A DNA stretch of 64,000 bases from the human T2T-CHM13v2.0 reference genome, Homo sapiens. Shown one piece after another: positions 28,045 through 45,841 of the stretch. The position numbers were made by a program, and so were the translations under genes. Within the stretch, counting starts at the first letter, position 1, and the number at the start of each line of letters is the position of its first letter. Below the pieces are notes generated by a model. It was given only the letters and a program-made list of their open reading frames with translations, made no database searches and was not told the origin of the DNA. The stretch is from the NCBI GenBank assembly GCA_009914755.4, contig CP068257.2, forward strand, positions 2,304,001 to 2,368,000, given 5' to 3'.

Positions 28045-30462
28045 GACTAAATCCAAAGCTAGCAGAAGGAAAGAAATAATAAAGAGCATAATTAGAGCAT
28101 AAATCAATAAAATAGAAGGTTGGAGAGCAGTAGAATGAAAATATGTAGATTCTTTGAAAGATCAAGCCTTTCACTATATTGACTGAGCAAAAGATGGGAG
28201 ACTAATTATTAAAATAATAAATGAAAGCAGAGCCATTACTACCAACTTTACAGAAATACAAAAGGATTACAGGAGTATACTGTGAACAACTGTCTAGCAA
28301 CAAATTAGGTGTCCTGGATGAAATGGATGAATCGCTAGAAAGACACAAACTACCAAAGTGGCTCAAGAAGAAAGAGAAAATCTGAATAGACCTATAACCT
28401 AGGAGATTGAATTAGTAATCGAAAGTGATTAACAAAGAAGCATTTATGACCAAATAGCTGCATTAACTGGTGAGTCAACCTAACATTTAAAGAAGAATTA
28501 ATACCATTTCTTCTCAAACTCTTCTGACAAAATATATGAAGAAGGAATACTTGCTAATTCATTTTCTGATAACAGCATTATTCTTATACCAAAGACAAAG
28601 AGAGCACAAAAGAGAGAAATACACCACTATATCCCTTATGAATATATAAGCAAAAATCTCAGCAAAATACTAGCAATACTAGCAAAATACTAGCAGCAAT
28701 ATTGTATAATCAAAGGATTGTAAACTATCACCCTTTGAGATTTATCCCCAAAATGCAAGGGTGGTTCAACATATAAAAAATCAATCAGTGTAATATGCTG
28801 TAACAGTAAAATGAATAAGCACGTGATTATTTCAATTGATGCAGAGAAAACATTGATGAAATACAACACCCTTCTATAATAAAAATACTCAATAAACTAG
28901 GCATAGAAGGGATCTTCTGCAACATGACAATGGGATGTACAAAAACCCAACAGTTAATATCATGATCAATGATGAAACACTGAAAGCTGTTTTCCTAACA
29001 TCTAGAAGAAAAGGATGGTGCATTTGCCACTTGTATTCAACGTAGCACTGGCAGTTCTAGCCAGAGCAATTAGGCAAGACAAAGAAATAAAAGGCATCTA
29101 AATCAGAAATTAAAAAATAGGTGTAAAATTATATCTACACATGATCTTATGGGTATAAAGCTCCAAACAAAACACAAAACCGATTATAACTAATAAAAGA
29201 GGCAGGATGCAAACAAACATAGGCAAATGAGCTATATTTCTATATAGTTGTAAAGAGCTATGAAAACATTTTAAAAATTCCATTTATAATGACATCAAAG
29301 AATACGTTATTCAGGCATAAATCTAACCATGGTGGTATACACAAAACATTGCTGCAAAAAACTAAAGAGAGTGGAAATAAGTGGAAAGACATTCTGTGTT
29401 CACGGGTTGTAAGACAATATTGTTAAGATGACAATACCATCTAAAGTAATCTACAGATTCAATGCAATACCATCAAAATCCCAAAGGCATTTTTGCAGAA
29501 ACAAAGAAACTCATTCTAAAATCATACAAAAATTCAAAGGATCTGACAGACAAAACAGTCTTGAAGAAGAACATTGGAAAACTCACACTTTTCAGTTTCA
29601 GAGCCTACTACAAATCTACAGTAATCAAGAGAGTGTGGTACTGGAATAAGACCAATAGACTTTCAGACCAATACAACAGAACAGATTTGAGATCCTACAA
29701 GTTAGTCCTCACATATATGGTCAATGACTGTTCAACAAGGTGGCCAAGTCTAGTCAAGGGAGGAAAGAACAGTCTCTTCAACAGCTGGATGTCAGTGCAC
29801 AAGAGAGAAGTTAGACCCCTACCTTGCAGTATATACAAAAATTAATTCTAAATTATAAAAGACTTAAATGTAAGAACTAAAAATATGTAACTCTTAGAAG
29901 AAAACACACGGTAAACCTTTATGACCTTTGAGTTTTAAGTGTATTTTGAAATGTGACAGAAAAGCACAGATAACAAAAGAAAATACAGGAAAATTAGATT
30001 GAATCAAAATAAAAAACCCTTTATGCATCAAAGGATACTATCAAGGGAGTGAAAAGACAACCCATAATATGTGAGAAAATATGTATCTGATAAAATCAAA
30101 ATGTGTATCTGATAAAAGCTTAATATCCCACAACTCAACAACAGAATTTCTAAGATCCCAATTAAAAAATAGGCAAAGGACTTGAACAGACATTTCTCCA
30201 AAGAAGATACACAAATGTCTAAGAAGGAAAAGAAAAGATGCTAAACACCATTATTCATTAATAAAATGCAAGGCAAAACCCAAATGAGATGCCACTTTGC
30301 ATCCACTAGTAAGGCTTTCATAACAACGACACAGAAAATCAATGTTGCTAAGGAGGTGGAGAAACTAGAGCCCTCATGAACTGGCTGCTAGGAATAGAAA
30401 ATGATGCACTTGCTGTGGAAAAGAGTTTGGTGGTTCCTCAAAGAATCACACAGAGAAACAGG
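28045..30462 (+). mobile_element. LINE-1 (old L1M/L1PB-type) ORF2 to 3' region, fragment 1
   Basis: The ORF track gives ...RVWYWNKTNRLSDQYNRTDLRSYKLVLTYMVNDCSTRWPSLVKGGKNSLFNSWMSVHKREV (29462-29845), which reads as the L1 ORF2 C-terminus. DNA matches include caacaaattaggtgtcctggatgaaatggatgaatcgctagaaagacacaaactaccaaagtggctcaagaagaaagagaaaatctgaatagacctataac, and the segment ends in taaggaggtggagaaactagagccctcatgaactggctgctaggaatag. Confidence 0.85.
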
Positions 30463-31617
30463 CGCCGCTGGCTTGCGGGTTCTCCTGGGCTGGCGCGGGA
30501 CATCCCGGAATCGCAGGCGCGCGCATTCCTTCCCGCCTGAGGGCCCGCCTGGCCGTGACTCCCGCCCCTCTCCTCCTCCGAAGAGAGATCGGGGCCGCCC
30601 CAGGGGCCGTCTGCAGCCACCGGGGATGGGGCTGAGGGTCGGTTCCTGCCCCGGTGCAGCCGCCCCTGGGTAGACCGCCTGGCTTGGTCGCAGCCACGGC
30701 GACATCTAGCCCCGGTTCTGCGAGGCTGGGCGCGCCAGCCAGCTTGGGAGTCGCCCGGCGCCTGTAGCTGGGCGCCCAGGTGGTGGAGCATGTCCTGGGC
30801 AGCCTCTGGATCGCGGGTGCCCCTGGCCTGAGAGCCTGCCAGACCCTGTCCCGGCCCGGCTCCTCCTCTGTCAGAGCTCCACATCTCTATCCAGGGGCCC
30901 TCTGCAGCCACAGGGGATGGGGCTGAGGGCCGGTTCCCGCCCCTGTGCAGCTGCTGCGGGACAGACCGCCTGGCTTGGCCAAAGCCACAGGGACATTTGG
31001 CCCTGCTTCCGAGATGTGGGGAGTGTGGGCGGGCTCGGGAGTTGCCTGGAGGCTGCTGCCTGCACGCAGAAGGCGGCTGCAGCTCGGGTGCCCAAGCGGG
31101 CTGGAGGTGCATGGCCTGGTCGGTCTTGGGATCGCCAGCGCGCCCAGCCTGAGGGCCCCCAGGCCGTGCCTCCCGACCACTCCTCCACCTGAGGGAGATC
31201 GGAGCCGTTTGTATGGGCAGTCGGCAGTCACCTCGTGTGGGGTTGAGCGGTGGGTTCTCAGTTCTCGCTCCTGTGCAGCTGCTGCCGCAGGGCAGAATGC
31301 CTGGCTTGGCTGCAGCCACTGGGACACGTGGCCCTGCTTCTATGATGCTAGGAGGGCGAGCGGGCTCGGGGGTTGCCAGGCAGCTGCTGCCTGCACACAG
31401 AGGGCGACGGCAGCTTGGGCGCCCAGATGGCAGAGCATGGTTTGGGTGGCCTCTGGAATGCGTGCGCGCCAGGCCTGAGGTTCACCCTGGTGGGGCCACA
31501 TACCCCGGTCTTCCTCTGCTGGAGCCTGGAGCAGCTGGAATGGCCACTATTCCGTCACAGGGGATAGAGTTAAGTTTTCTTATCCCACCCATGCACGCAA
31601 AAAGGTGACTATTCTGT
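30463..31617. repeat. GC-rich, CpG-dense tandem repeat of ~315 bp, ~3.6 copies (LSau-like? family not assigned)
   Basis: The unit ctgcagccacc/aggggatggggctgagggt/ccggttcc...gcctggcttgg...gccctgcttc...ggctgctgcctgcacgcagaaggcggctgcagctcgggtgcccaag... recurs at about 30612, 30905 and 31235. All ORFs here (up to 293 aa) are GC-composition artefacts. Confidence 0.8.
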
Positions 31618-34354
<2,737 letters not shown>

Positions 34355-34665
34355 CCCCTGAACCTGACCCTGACCCCTGACCCTGATCCCTAACCCCTGA
34401 TCCTGACCCCTAACCCCTGACCCTAACCCTAACCCCTAACCCTAACCCTTAACCGTAAACCCTAAGCCTAACCCCTAACCACAACCCTCACCCTCACACT
34501 AATCCAACCCTAACCCCTTATCCCTAACCCCTAACCTCTCCTAACCTCTAACTCTAAACGTTGACTCTTAACTCTTAACTCTGACCCCAACCCCTATCTC
34601 CAACCCCTAACCCTAAACTTAACCCCTAACCCCTAACCCTAACACCAACCTTAACCCTAGGTTCG
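34355..34665 (-). repeat. Degenerate interstitial telomeric repeat ((CCCTAA)n on the plus strand, so TTAGGG on the minus strand)
   Basis: cccctgaacctgaccctgacccctgaccctgatccctaacccctgatcctgacccctaacccctgaccctaaccctaacccctaaccctaaccc..., decaying into ccctaaacttaacccctaacccctaaccctaacaccaaccttaaccctag. Confidence 0.85.
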
Positions 34666-35450
34666 TTACTACGTTTGTACTATGCCAATGTTGATTATTA
34701 TGATCTCTGTCTTAGGACTGCATGGCAGCAAGGGGATTGCGGAACTTATATTAATATTTTTGTATTGAGGCAGTGCATTAGCATTACAGGTGCTTGTTAC
34801 ATGAGCAATGGGGGTGTCATATTTTGGGTGTCATGTCTGCATTAGGAATGCTGCATTTGTCTTCCGAGGCTGCGGTGTGGATCTCGCACTGCAGCCGCTT
34901 CGGCTTGGCTGGGGAGAACCTCGGTGGGCGGGATTCAGAGGGACTTTTGGTTTCCCTTTTCCACACTGAGCCCTTCTAACTGGTCTCTGACCCTGATTAT
35001 TCAGGGCTGCAAAAGGGAAGGATTTTATTCACCGTCTATGCGGTCCCGAGTTGTCCCAAAGCGAGGCAGTGCCCCAAAGGTCTGTGCTGAGGAGAACTCT
35101 GCTCTGCCTTAGCGGTGTCCCCCGGGTCTGTGCTGAGCAGAACGCAGCTCCGCCCTCGCGGAGCCCCCGGCCCGCCTGGGTCTGTGCTGAGGAGAACACT
35201 GCTCCGCCTTCGCTGTATCTCTGAAGTCTGTGCAGAGGAGAACTCACCTCCGCCCTGGCGATGCTCTCCTTGTCTGTGCTGGGAAGAACGCAGCTCCGCC
35301 CTCGCAAAGGCGCACAGCGCCGGCGCAGGCGCAGAGAGGCCTACAGCGCTGGCGAAAGGCGCAGAGAGACCCATAGCGCCGGCGCAGGCGCAGAGAGGCC
35401 CACAGCGCCGGCGCAGGCGCAGAGAGGCCCACAGCGCCGGCGCAGGCGCA
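34666..35450. repeat. TAR1 (telomere-associated repeat 1) subtelomeric element
   Basis: Diagnostic TAR1 strings: repeated gtctgtgctgaggagaac(g/a)c(a/t)gctccgcc units, then cgccggcgcaggcgcagagaggcc(c/t)acagcgccggcgcaggcgcagagag. Confidence 0.8.
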
Positions 35451-38780
<3,330 letters not shown>

Positions 38781-39559
38781 GGCCCTGAGGGTTTGAGACA
38801 GAATGAGGAGTGACTAATGTCTACAGGGTCTTTCTCTGGTCGGGGGTGATAAGACGTTCTACAATGGATTGCGAATGAAAATTGAATGTGCACAATCACA
38901 GGTATACTAAAAGCCACTCAATTCATGACTTTTACTGGGGGAATCTTATGTGGCGCAGTCTCATGGAGACCACGGCAGACATAGTGAGAGAGAAAAAGGT
39001 GAGTAAATATCTGAAACGGAGGCAGAAACAGAGAGAATGAAAAGCCCTGTGAATGGAAGGGAGAGCGAAAAGGGAAAATGGTCCTATTTACAAATGACAG
39101 ATGTGAAACTGGGGTTCACATCAACAGTGTCACTGCCAGGAAGGAGGGTCATGCTAGCCATGTCACCGGTAGTGTGGCCCGCAGGGACGCCGACCTGCTG
39201 GAGAGTCGTGCCAGCATGGGCTGTGGCAACCACGTGGGTCAGCAGGGGGTTCCCGCTGCACAGCTGTGGGGTGAGGATAGACTGGGTGGTGATATCGGCC
39301 ATTACAGGGGCCTCTTCTGCTGGCAAGAGTGTGACAGTAGCAAGTAGATGGACAGGCCTGCGTGTGAGGACGGAATGCAGGAGGGGTTCTTGTGCGGTTG
39401 GTTGTGGGGCCCTCACGGGAACCGTGGAGAAATGGCCAGGTAACTGCGTCATGTGGGCTAGTAGATTGGCCAGGGCTTCGAACTGAAGGACGATAACGGG
39501 GAGTAGCTGTCAGGCCCTGGGAGTGCCTGAGTGTAAGTGGAGATGGGTTTGGGGTCACT

Positions 39560-41810
39560 GAGGGATGCGTGGGAGCCATCCCTGTATAGGTACAGGTCAT
39601 AGGGAGATAGTCTCGTGAGGCCTGTGAGTGTCTAGGGTTGTCCTGGGTACCTGGGGCTGACTGTGGCAGAAATCTGGGGAAGGCTGGAGAGAAGCTGGGA
39701 GACCCAGGAGAGTCCCTGAAGGCAGGGGGTGAAGAGGTGAAAGAAATGGGGGAGGGTTGCAGTAAGGTCCGTGAGTTTGTAGGTGATTCCTGGGTGCGGG
39801 AAGCTGACTCCAGGTGAAATCTAGAGATGGTTGGAGAGTAGCTGAGAGAGACAGAAGAGTCCCTGAGGGCTGGGGGTGAGAACATGAGGGAGACGGGGGA
39901 GTAAGTCAGTGAAATTCGTGAGTTCGGTGGTGTATCGTGGGTGCCTGGAACTGACTCCAGCTGGAATCTAGAGAAGTTTTGAGAGTAGCTGAAAGAGACA
40001 CAAGAGTCCCTGTGGGCTGATGGCAAAGACCTGAGAGAGACCAGGGAGGACCTCAGTGAAGTCTGTGAGTCTGTAGGTGATTCCGGAGTGTGGGAGGCTG
40101 ACTCCCGCTGAAATCTGGGCGTGGTGGGAGAGTAGCTGGGACAGACAGGAGAGTCCCAGGGGGCTGGGGGTGAAGACATGAGAGAGACTGGGGAGTAACT
40201 CAGTGAAATTGCTGAGTTGGTTGGTGATACCTGGGTGCCTGGAACTGACCCCCGCTGAAATCTGGGCATGGTTGGAGAGTAGCTGGGACGCACAGGAGAG
40301 TCCCTGAGGGCTGGGGGTGAAGACATGAGCGAGACCGGGGAGTAACTGAGTGAAACTGATGACTTTGGTGGTGACTCCGGGGTGCCTGGAACTGACTCCA
40401 GCTGAAATGTGGGCGTGGTTGGAGAGTAGCTGGGACAGACAGGAGAGTCCCTGAGGACTGGTGAAGACATGAGAGAGACTGGAGAGTAATTGAGTGAAAT
40501 TGGTGAGTTTGGTGGTGATTCCTGGGTGCCTGGAACTGACTCCCGCTGAAGTGTGGGCGTGGTTGGAGAGTAGCTGGGACACACAGGAGAGTCCCTGAGG
40601 GTTGGAGATAAAGACGTGCTAGAGACTGAGGAGTAACTGAGTGAAATTGGTGAGTTTGGTGGTGATTCCGGGGTGCCTGGAACGGACTCCAGCTGAAATG
40701 TGGGCGTGGTTGGAGAGTAGCTGGGACAGACGGGAGAGTCCCTGAGGGATGGTGAAGACATGAGAGAGACTGGGGAGTAACGCAGTGAAATTGGTGAGTT
40801 TGGTGGTGATTTCTGGGTGCCTGCAACGGACTCCCGCTGAAGTGTGGGCGTGCTTGGAGAGTAGCTGGGACAGACAGGCGAGTCCCTGAGGGTTGGAGAT
40901 AAAGACGTGCTGGAGACTGGGGAGTAACTCAGTGAAAGTGGTGGGCTTGTTGGTGATCCCAGGGTTCCTGGAACTGACCCGCGCTGAAATGTGGGCGTGG
41001 TTGGAGAGTAGCTGGGACAGACTGGAGGGTCCGTAAGGGCTGGGGGTGAAGACGTGAGAGAGACTGGCGAGGATCTCACTGAGGTCTGTGAGTTTGTAGG
41101 TGTTTCTGGGGTGTGGGGTACAGACTCCCGCTGAAATCTGGGCGTAGTTGGAGAGTAGCTGGGACAGACAGGAGAGTCATGGGTGGCTGGGGGTGAGCTG
41201 CTGGATGATGGCAGTAAGAACATATGGTACATTATTGATGAATGAGGTGACTGTGAAGAATCTCCAGAGGAGGACACGGGAGAACACAATGACATGAGTG
41301 ACTGTCCTGCTTGGTTAGGAAAGGGAAACGTAAAGTTGTGGAATTCTGTTGATGATGGATGTGAGAGTGGCGAAGCCCTGCGGGATGATGTAGAGGACTT
41401 CCACATCCCTGGTGAGGAGCTGCCCCTAGGGTCTGAGTTTCTGGGAGGGGAGAGGGAGAAGCTGGGTGAGGCAGGCAGGAATCTTGAGGAGTCAGGGCTG
41501 GGGGACCGCTCATATTCTCCCGAGACCTGTGAGTCTCTGGGGGACTCCTGGGTGCATGGGGCTGACTCCCGCAGGAACCTGGGGATGGCTGGAGAGTAAC
41601 TGGGAGCCACAGGAGGGTCCCTGAGGCCTGGGGGTGAAGAGATGCAAGACACAGGGGTGGAGCAGCGTGAGGCTCGTGAGTTTGTAGGTGATTCCTGGGT
41701 GTGGGGGGCTGACTCCAGCTGAAATCTGGGGTTGTTTGGAGAGTAGCTGGGAGACACAGGAGACCCCCCGAGAGCTGGGGGTGAGCTGCTGGGTGATGGC
41801 AGTAAGAACT
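39560..41810. repeat. Internal tandem array of the macrosatellite (144/147 bp subunits, ACRO1-like), copy 1
   Basis: Repeated gctgaaatgtgggcgtggttggagagtagctgggacagac(a/g)ggagagtccctgagg...ggggagtaac(t/g)(g/c)agtgaaattggtgagtttggtggtgatt(c/t)c(g/t)gggtgcctg(g/c)aa(c/a)ggactcc. Subunits are diverged at the edges and homogeneous in the middle. Confidence 0.85.
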
Positions 41811-42205
41811 TGTGGTATATTATTGATGAACGTGGGGACTCTGAGGAGTCCTCAGAGGAGGACACGGCAGAGCCCAATGGCTTCATTGATTGCCCATCAC
41901 GGTGAGGACAGGGAAATGGGAGCTTGTGGGATTCTGGTGATGACAGAGGTGAGTGTGGTGAAGCCCTAGGGGATGGTGAATGGTAGTTCCGGATCCCTGG
42001 TGAGGAGCTTCCCCTTAAGCCGGAGTTTCTGAGAGGGGAGAGGGAGAAGCTGGGTGAGGCTCGCATGGACCTTGGGGTGTCCGTGCTGGGGGACCGTTCA
42101 TAAGAAGAGCCAGACAAGAACCTACTGTTCTTAGGTGCAGACATGATTAGGAAACCTGCAGCTCTCAGGGGCCCCCACTAATGTTCTAACTCGCAGAAGG
42201 AAGGA

Positions 42206-42336
42206 GTGTGTGTGCGTGTGTGCGTGTGCGTGTGTGTGTGTGTGTGTTTGTGTGTGTGCGGTGTGAGGTATGTGCCCCTTAAGAAAATGGAAATCAACCA
42301 ACCAATGGGAGAGACAGACAGACAGACAGACAGAGA
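42206..42336. repeat. Compound microsatellite (GT/GTGC)n ... (GACA)n, copy 1
   Basis: gtgtgtgtgcgtgtgtgcgtgtgcgtgtgtgtgtgtgtgtgtttgtgtgtgtgcgg ... gacagacagacagacagacagag. Confidence 0.95.
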
Positions 42337-43754
42337 TTCACTTGCCCAAGTGTTCTGTCCTGTCCTCTGAATCCGCTTCCAAGTCGCAAGACGCTGTGAG
42401 CTCCAAGTCCACGCAGAGTCCGCCAAACGCTCCGGCCGCTGATCCGCTCCGCGAAGATCTGAGTACAGGCCAGCCAGGGTGGGTTTAAATAGCCTCGGGC
42501 GCAGCCTAGCAGCGGAAAGGGCGGAGCTTCACTCCTCCTTTCCATCAGTCACCCCCAACTTTCCCAGGCTACACCTCGTAGGAAACTGTTCTCCTGCTTT
42601 GATTTCATGCGCCACCTTTGGGACAATCTAAGAACTTACAGGTTTTCTTGGCCAGATTTATTAGGAATTGTATGCACTGAAACACTGAAAACCAACTAGT
42701 GGTTCTGTGCTTCCCAAGTTGTGGTTTTGACACCAGCAGCATCCTTGCCACAATCAAACCCCGGAGATCCGCAGATCTGTGTTGTAACAAGACCTCCCCC
42801 TGACCCTGATGCATGGCAGTTGAAGAAGTCTTTCCGTGTAAGCGAAAAGACTTTGAAGAAAAGGTGGAGATATGCGTTGTATAAACATTCTTTTGCTCTG
42901 GAACCACGTAGAGACTTGGGAGCCAGTTGGGTGGAGCATTCGTTGGATGAGGGTGCTCGGGTGAGGAATATCAAGGTGTTTCTCCAGATAATCCAATCAT
43001 CTAATTAAGATTCCAGTTATGCTCATCTGTTTTAAAATTCCGTTTGGGTAAATTCTTTTAGTCAGACTGAGAATGGCAAAGCCTCAACCCCAATTTCCAA
43101 GGAGGGTGGAGAGCCTCAGGTGGAGTTGATCACCAATAGCCTATGGTTTAACCCATCATGCCTATAGAATGAGGTCTCCATCAAAACCCAAAAGGACTGG
43201 GTTCAGAGAGCTTCTGGATAACACTTCCTGGAAGGTAGTGCGCCCCTCCCCGCATGCCGGGCCCCACATTTATTTCTGAACTTTGTGCAATGTCCGCTAA
43301 AATACAACGGCAAATGTAAGTGTTTCCCTGCGTGCTGTGAGCTCTTCCAGCAAATGAATGCAACTAAATCTGGGAGTGGTGGCAACCTGATTTATAGCCA
43401 GTTGCTGAGAAGCACAGGTAAAACAACGTAGGGCTTCCCATTGTTATTGGTGTGGGAGGCCTGTCTGGCGGGACTCGGCCCTTTGGAATCTACTGCTATG
43501 TCCCGGTAGATAGCGTCACCATTGAATTAGAAGACACACATATGTGGAGAATAATCTTTCTGGTCATTTACTGCATGTCATATTTACAATATGTAATCAA
43601 ATTCTTTATCCTGACCTTATGGCACCTGGGTTTAGGACCATGATTTGAACCAAACGTTGGTCTGTCACTTTCTGAGTTTGAAACTTTATTTTGCCTTTAG
43701 CGTTTTGCTATTGCTTTTTCGTTTTCTTTTGTTTCGTTTCGTTTCCAAGTTGTG

Positions 43755-44020
43755 GGGTATATGTGCAGGATGTGCAGATTTGTTACTAAGGTAAACGTGT
43801 GCCATGGTGGTTTGCTGCACCTGTCAACCCGTCACCTAGGTATTAAGCCCAGCATGCAGTAGCTGTTTTTCTTAACGCTCTGCCTCCCGAAAGGCCCCAG
43901 TGTGTGTTGTTCCCCTTCCTGTGTCCATGGGATCTCACTTTTCAGCTCCCATTATAAGTGAGAAGGTGGCGTTTGGTTTTCTTTCCCAGGATTAGTTTGC
44001 TGACGATAATGACCACACAT
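43755..44020 (-). mobile_element. L1 3'-end fragment (ORF2 tail / 3' UTR start) embedded in macrosatellite copy 1
   Basis: ggggtatatgtgcaggatgtgcagatttgttactaaggtaaacgtgtgccatggtggtttgctgcacctgtcaacccgtcacctaggtattaagcccagcatgcagtagc...ccccagtgtgtgttgttccccttcctgtgtccatggg...cattataagtgagaaggtggcgtttggttttctttccc is the reverse complement of the L1 3' terminal region. A T-rich tail remnant lies upstream (tttcgttttcttttgtttcgtttcg). Confidence 0.85.
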
Positions 44021-44756
44021 CACCACTGTTTTTGTTTTTTAGTATAAAGAGTAGTATTTTATTGAATAAGATTTGCTCACAGAAAAATAAGCTTAAATCT
44101 ACAATGAATGCCAGACCCTACAGCAGAAAGCAATTTTCTCACTTTTCCACACACAATGGTTCCTACTAAGTGAAAAAAAAGCCATAAAATTTCATTCACA
44201 AATGTACTACTCTGTCTCAAAACATCTCACGTAATCATGCACTGTACTAAAGCCATCAGATCAGTTCTTCAGTCAGGTTAAAGAAGTATCCCTCTAATAA
44301 CTGACTTTTATAATGCTATCAATATCCACTCCCAATCAGTCTGCCATTGTTAATGGTGTACAGCATTACTGAATACAACGGAATTGATGACGCCCATATC
44401 CACAGACAAACCGTGACTTATGATGGTTTGACTTATGATTTTTCAACGTTATGATGGGTTTATTGGAATATTAGATTCGTTTCTGAGTTACACTGGGTTT
44501 ATGAGTATGCGACCCTACACTCCAGAAACAGCTGTATAAGGAAAAACAGGAGTACCTAATAAAAATATGCTTAGTGACTTGGGATAAACCAATAGATGTT
44601 CACAAGTGATGGAGAGCCGTGAAAGAGAGATAGCGGTAAATAGTTACAATAACACAATTTTCCTGCACCTGTCGAGGATTTCCCCCAAAAAACGCAGAAT
44701 GTGGGATGCACCTAAGGCATATGAAAGAGAGAGGGCAGAAGGAGTAAGAGAGAAAT

Positions 44757-44848
44757 AGGAGGAAGGAAGGAAGGAAAGAAGGAAGGAAGGAAGGAAGGAA
44801 GGAAGGAAGGAAGGAAGGAAGGAAGGAAAGAAGGATGAAAGGAAGGAG
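44757..44848. repeat. (GGAA)n microsatellite, copy 1
   Basis: ggaaggaaggaaggaaagaaggaaggaagg... Confidence 0.95.
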
Positions 44849-45841
44849 AAAACACCGGTGTTACTAAAACCCCCCAAAAAATGGTTTCCCCCTGTGGGTA
44901 AGCCTACAATGTGGATGAATCTTGAAAATATTGTGCTACGTGTTATGTCAGTCATAGCAGCTCACCTATTGTGCAATTCCGTTTATAGGAAATGTCCACA
45001 ATATGGAAATCTATGCATATGGGATTGATCGCACTAGGTAGTTGCTACCTAGGGCTGAGGGTCAGGGAGAGGGTTTGAGACAGAATGAGGAGTGACTAAT
45101 GTCTACAGGGTCTTTCTCTGGTCGGGGGTGATAAGACGTTTTACAATGGATTGCGAATTAAAATTGAATGTGCACAACCACAGGTATACTAAAAGCCACT
45201 CAATTCATGACCTTTAATGGGGGAATCTTACGTGGCGTAGTCTCATGGAGACCACGGCAGACATAGTGAGAGAGAAAAAGGTGAGTAAATATCTGAAACG
45301 GAGGCAGAAACAGAGAGAATGAAAAGCCCTGTGAATGGAAGGGAGAGCGAAAAGGGAAAATGGTCCTATTTACAAATGACAGATGTGAAACTGGGGTTCA
45401 CATCAACAGTGTCACTGCCAGGAAGGAGGGTCATGCTAGCCATGTCACCGGTAGTGTGGCCCGCAGGGACGCCGACCTGCTGGAGCGTCGTGCCAGCATG
45501 GGCTGTGGCAACCACGTGGGCCAGCAGGAGGTTCCCTCTGCACAGCTGTGGGGTGAGGATAGACTGGGTGGTGCTATCGGCCATTACAGGGGCCTCTTCT
45601 GCTGGCAAGAGTGTGACAGTAGCAAGTAGATGGACAGGCCTGCGTGTGAGGACGGAATGCAGGAGGGGTTCTTGTGCGCCTGGGTGTGGGGCCCTCACGG
45701 GAACCGTGGAGAAATGGCCAGGTAACTGCGTCATGTGGGCTAGTAGATTGGCCAGGGCTTCGAACTGAAGGACGATAATGGGGAGTAGCTGTCAGGCCCT
45801 GGGAGTGCCTGAGTGTAAGTGGAGATGGGTTTGGGGTCACT

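Larger units (their letters stand above)
38781..45062. repeat. Macrosatellite unit, copy 1 (~6.28 kb); ACRO1-like composite
   Basis: Shared landmarks with the other copies: 149-aa ORF start at 39037 (45319 / 51781 / 58502); GT-repeat ORF at 42270 (48700 / 55453 / 62176). Every ORF-track peptide recurs in each copy. Confidence 0.9.

Noticed and set aside
30388-31608. GC-rich ORFs up to 293 aa (30438-31319 -), 177 aa and 146 aa, with Arg/Pro/Ala-rich peptides
   Set aside because: They fall entirely within the ~315 bp GC-rich tandem array. Overlapping ORFs on both strands and in several frames are the expected artefact of ~70% GC repetitive sequence.
39084-39452. 122-aa minus ORF and 89-aa plus ORF overlapping the 149-aa ORF at each unit start
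   Set aside because: Three mutually overlapping ORFs in a G-rich 450 bp stretch cannot all be real. There is no recognisable domain. They are kept only as a low-confidence note.
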